A stretch of 63,434 bases of DNA, counting the filler, from Kipferlia bialata (lineage: Eukaryota): assembly GCA_003568945.1 (NCBI GenBank). It is 7 parts of 7 records of this genome, joined end to end, with 100 filler letters (N's around TTAATTAATTAA, not from the genome) between each part and the next. Parts side by side here need not be neighbours in the genome. Positions count along the whole stretch, not along the records: positions 61,975 to 63,434 come from BDIP01001040.1; 6 more parts are not named here. One strand, given 5' to 3'. Each line of letters starts with the position of its first letter. The first letter of the stretch is position 1. The notes beneath the pieces are model-generated. The model saw only the letters and a list, made by a program, of their open reading frames with translations. It was not told where the DNA came from and did no database searches. Positions 62,397 to 63,434 of the stretch are shown piece by piece. Both the position numbers and the translations under genes were made by a program.

Positions 62397-63366
62397 ATTA
62401 GCAAGGGCCTGCAGGTTCTATCCCAGCAAAGGATCATTCACAGAAACTTGAAGGTATATGTCTTGACGATATCAATTTGCCTCAGTCTCCTTGTCTTGCA
62501 TACAATCAACCCACCACCAGCCCGACAACATCATGCTCGACCTTAGTGGCCCTGTTCCAGTCGTCAAGATCACTAGTCTTACTTGGTGTTACATCCTGGA
62601 AGAGGTACAAATCAGTACCATAATCACATTCATATTTGTGGGGTAGTATTAGACTAGTACTCTGACTCTCAGGATGCTGCCTGTCACGAGCCTGGCTGTG
62701 GTAACCTGCTCTACAGGGCCCCAGAGGTATGTGTATAGGGAGATACTATATCCCACGTCGCCCAGTCATTACTTGTGCCTGAAAATGAATACTTGGGCGC
62801 GTCTCATTTGCCTCGCTGTTTACTATAATAGTGAATCCAACACCCAGCGCTATGCCAGGGATCAGAACTATCCCTACGGGTCAGAGGGACCTGATGATAG
62901 GCCAGAGTATGGTACAGCTGCAGATGTCTTTGCAACTGGTCTGATATTCAACCAGGTTGGTTCCACATGTGTATACTTGTCACTACTTCATTTGTTGTGA
63001 CCATAATTCACCGCTTGATTTTCAAATACCTACATAGTTTTTAGAATAGTGAAACCACTATGCCATGTACTATTTGAATTGGTGGTAATATATAGGACCC
63101 TCACTTAAGATGGTGAAGTCTGACTGGGTGCTGCGCCATGTCAGATGCGAGAGCGACCTGCATGATCTATACCTTCAAGGAAACTTTGAGTGAGTGAATA
63201 ATGTGTACATACATAGATATCTGTAATCTAGAGAATAGTAGTATTCCTCTCTATCATCATCCCTATCACATCCCCCCCCCCTCCCTTCGACTCTCACTCT
63301 AGCACTCTCACCTATGTCGACACTGGTATCGATGGACTGGCTGAGATCATCAACTCAATGGTGCAG
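62397..63366 (+). CDS. Protein kinase-fold fragment, probable pseudokinase, partial at both ends
   Basis: Exons ISKGLQVLSQQRIIHRNLK|PDNIMLDLSGPVPVVKITSLTWC...|...CGNLLYRAPE|...YGTAADVFATGLIFNQ|M cover subdomains VIa-IX. Confidence 0.85.
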
Positions 63367-63369
63367 GTA

Positions 63370-63426
<57 letters not shown>

Positions 63427-63434
63427 CCTCCCTC

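Overview
Eukaryotic, intron-rich protist DNA. The window is not contiguous: about seven scaffold pieces are joined by N-padded TTAATTAATTAA linkers (13881, 27814, 36582, 50495, 56729, 61919), with further internal N gaps. Short GT-AG introns with a CT(A/C/G)AC branch point almost fused to the 3' AG, abundant (GA)n/(TA)n microsatellites and divergent Kelch-like ORFs resemble a fornicate such as Kipferlia (inference, not verified). Splicing exons by hand gives about 20 genes or fragments, including a DUF975 membrane protein, an IQ/Sfi1-like protein, RNase H, a TM2 protein, a RhoGEF, an intron-poor sacsin-like/HEPN protein, TRAPPC5, a SWIM zinc-finger protein, a SMYD-type SET protein, DCC1, two Kelch-like propellers and a pseudokinase. 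The most striking signal is a pervasive architecture of 'exon echoes'. Many introns are built from ~70-135 nt modules, each with a copy of the adjacent exon end plus its splice site. Donor copies lie downstream of the complete exon and acceptor copies upstream. In many cases the copies differ from the complete exon at synonymous codon positions, which suggests coding constraint on apparently intronic sequence. No tRNA, rRNA, true CRISPR array or recognisable transposase was found.
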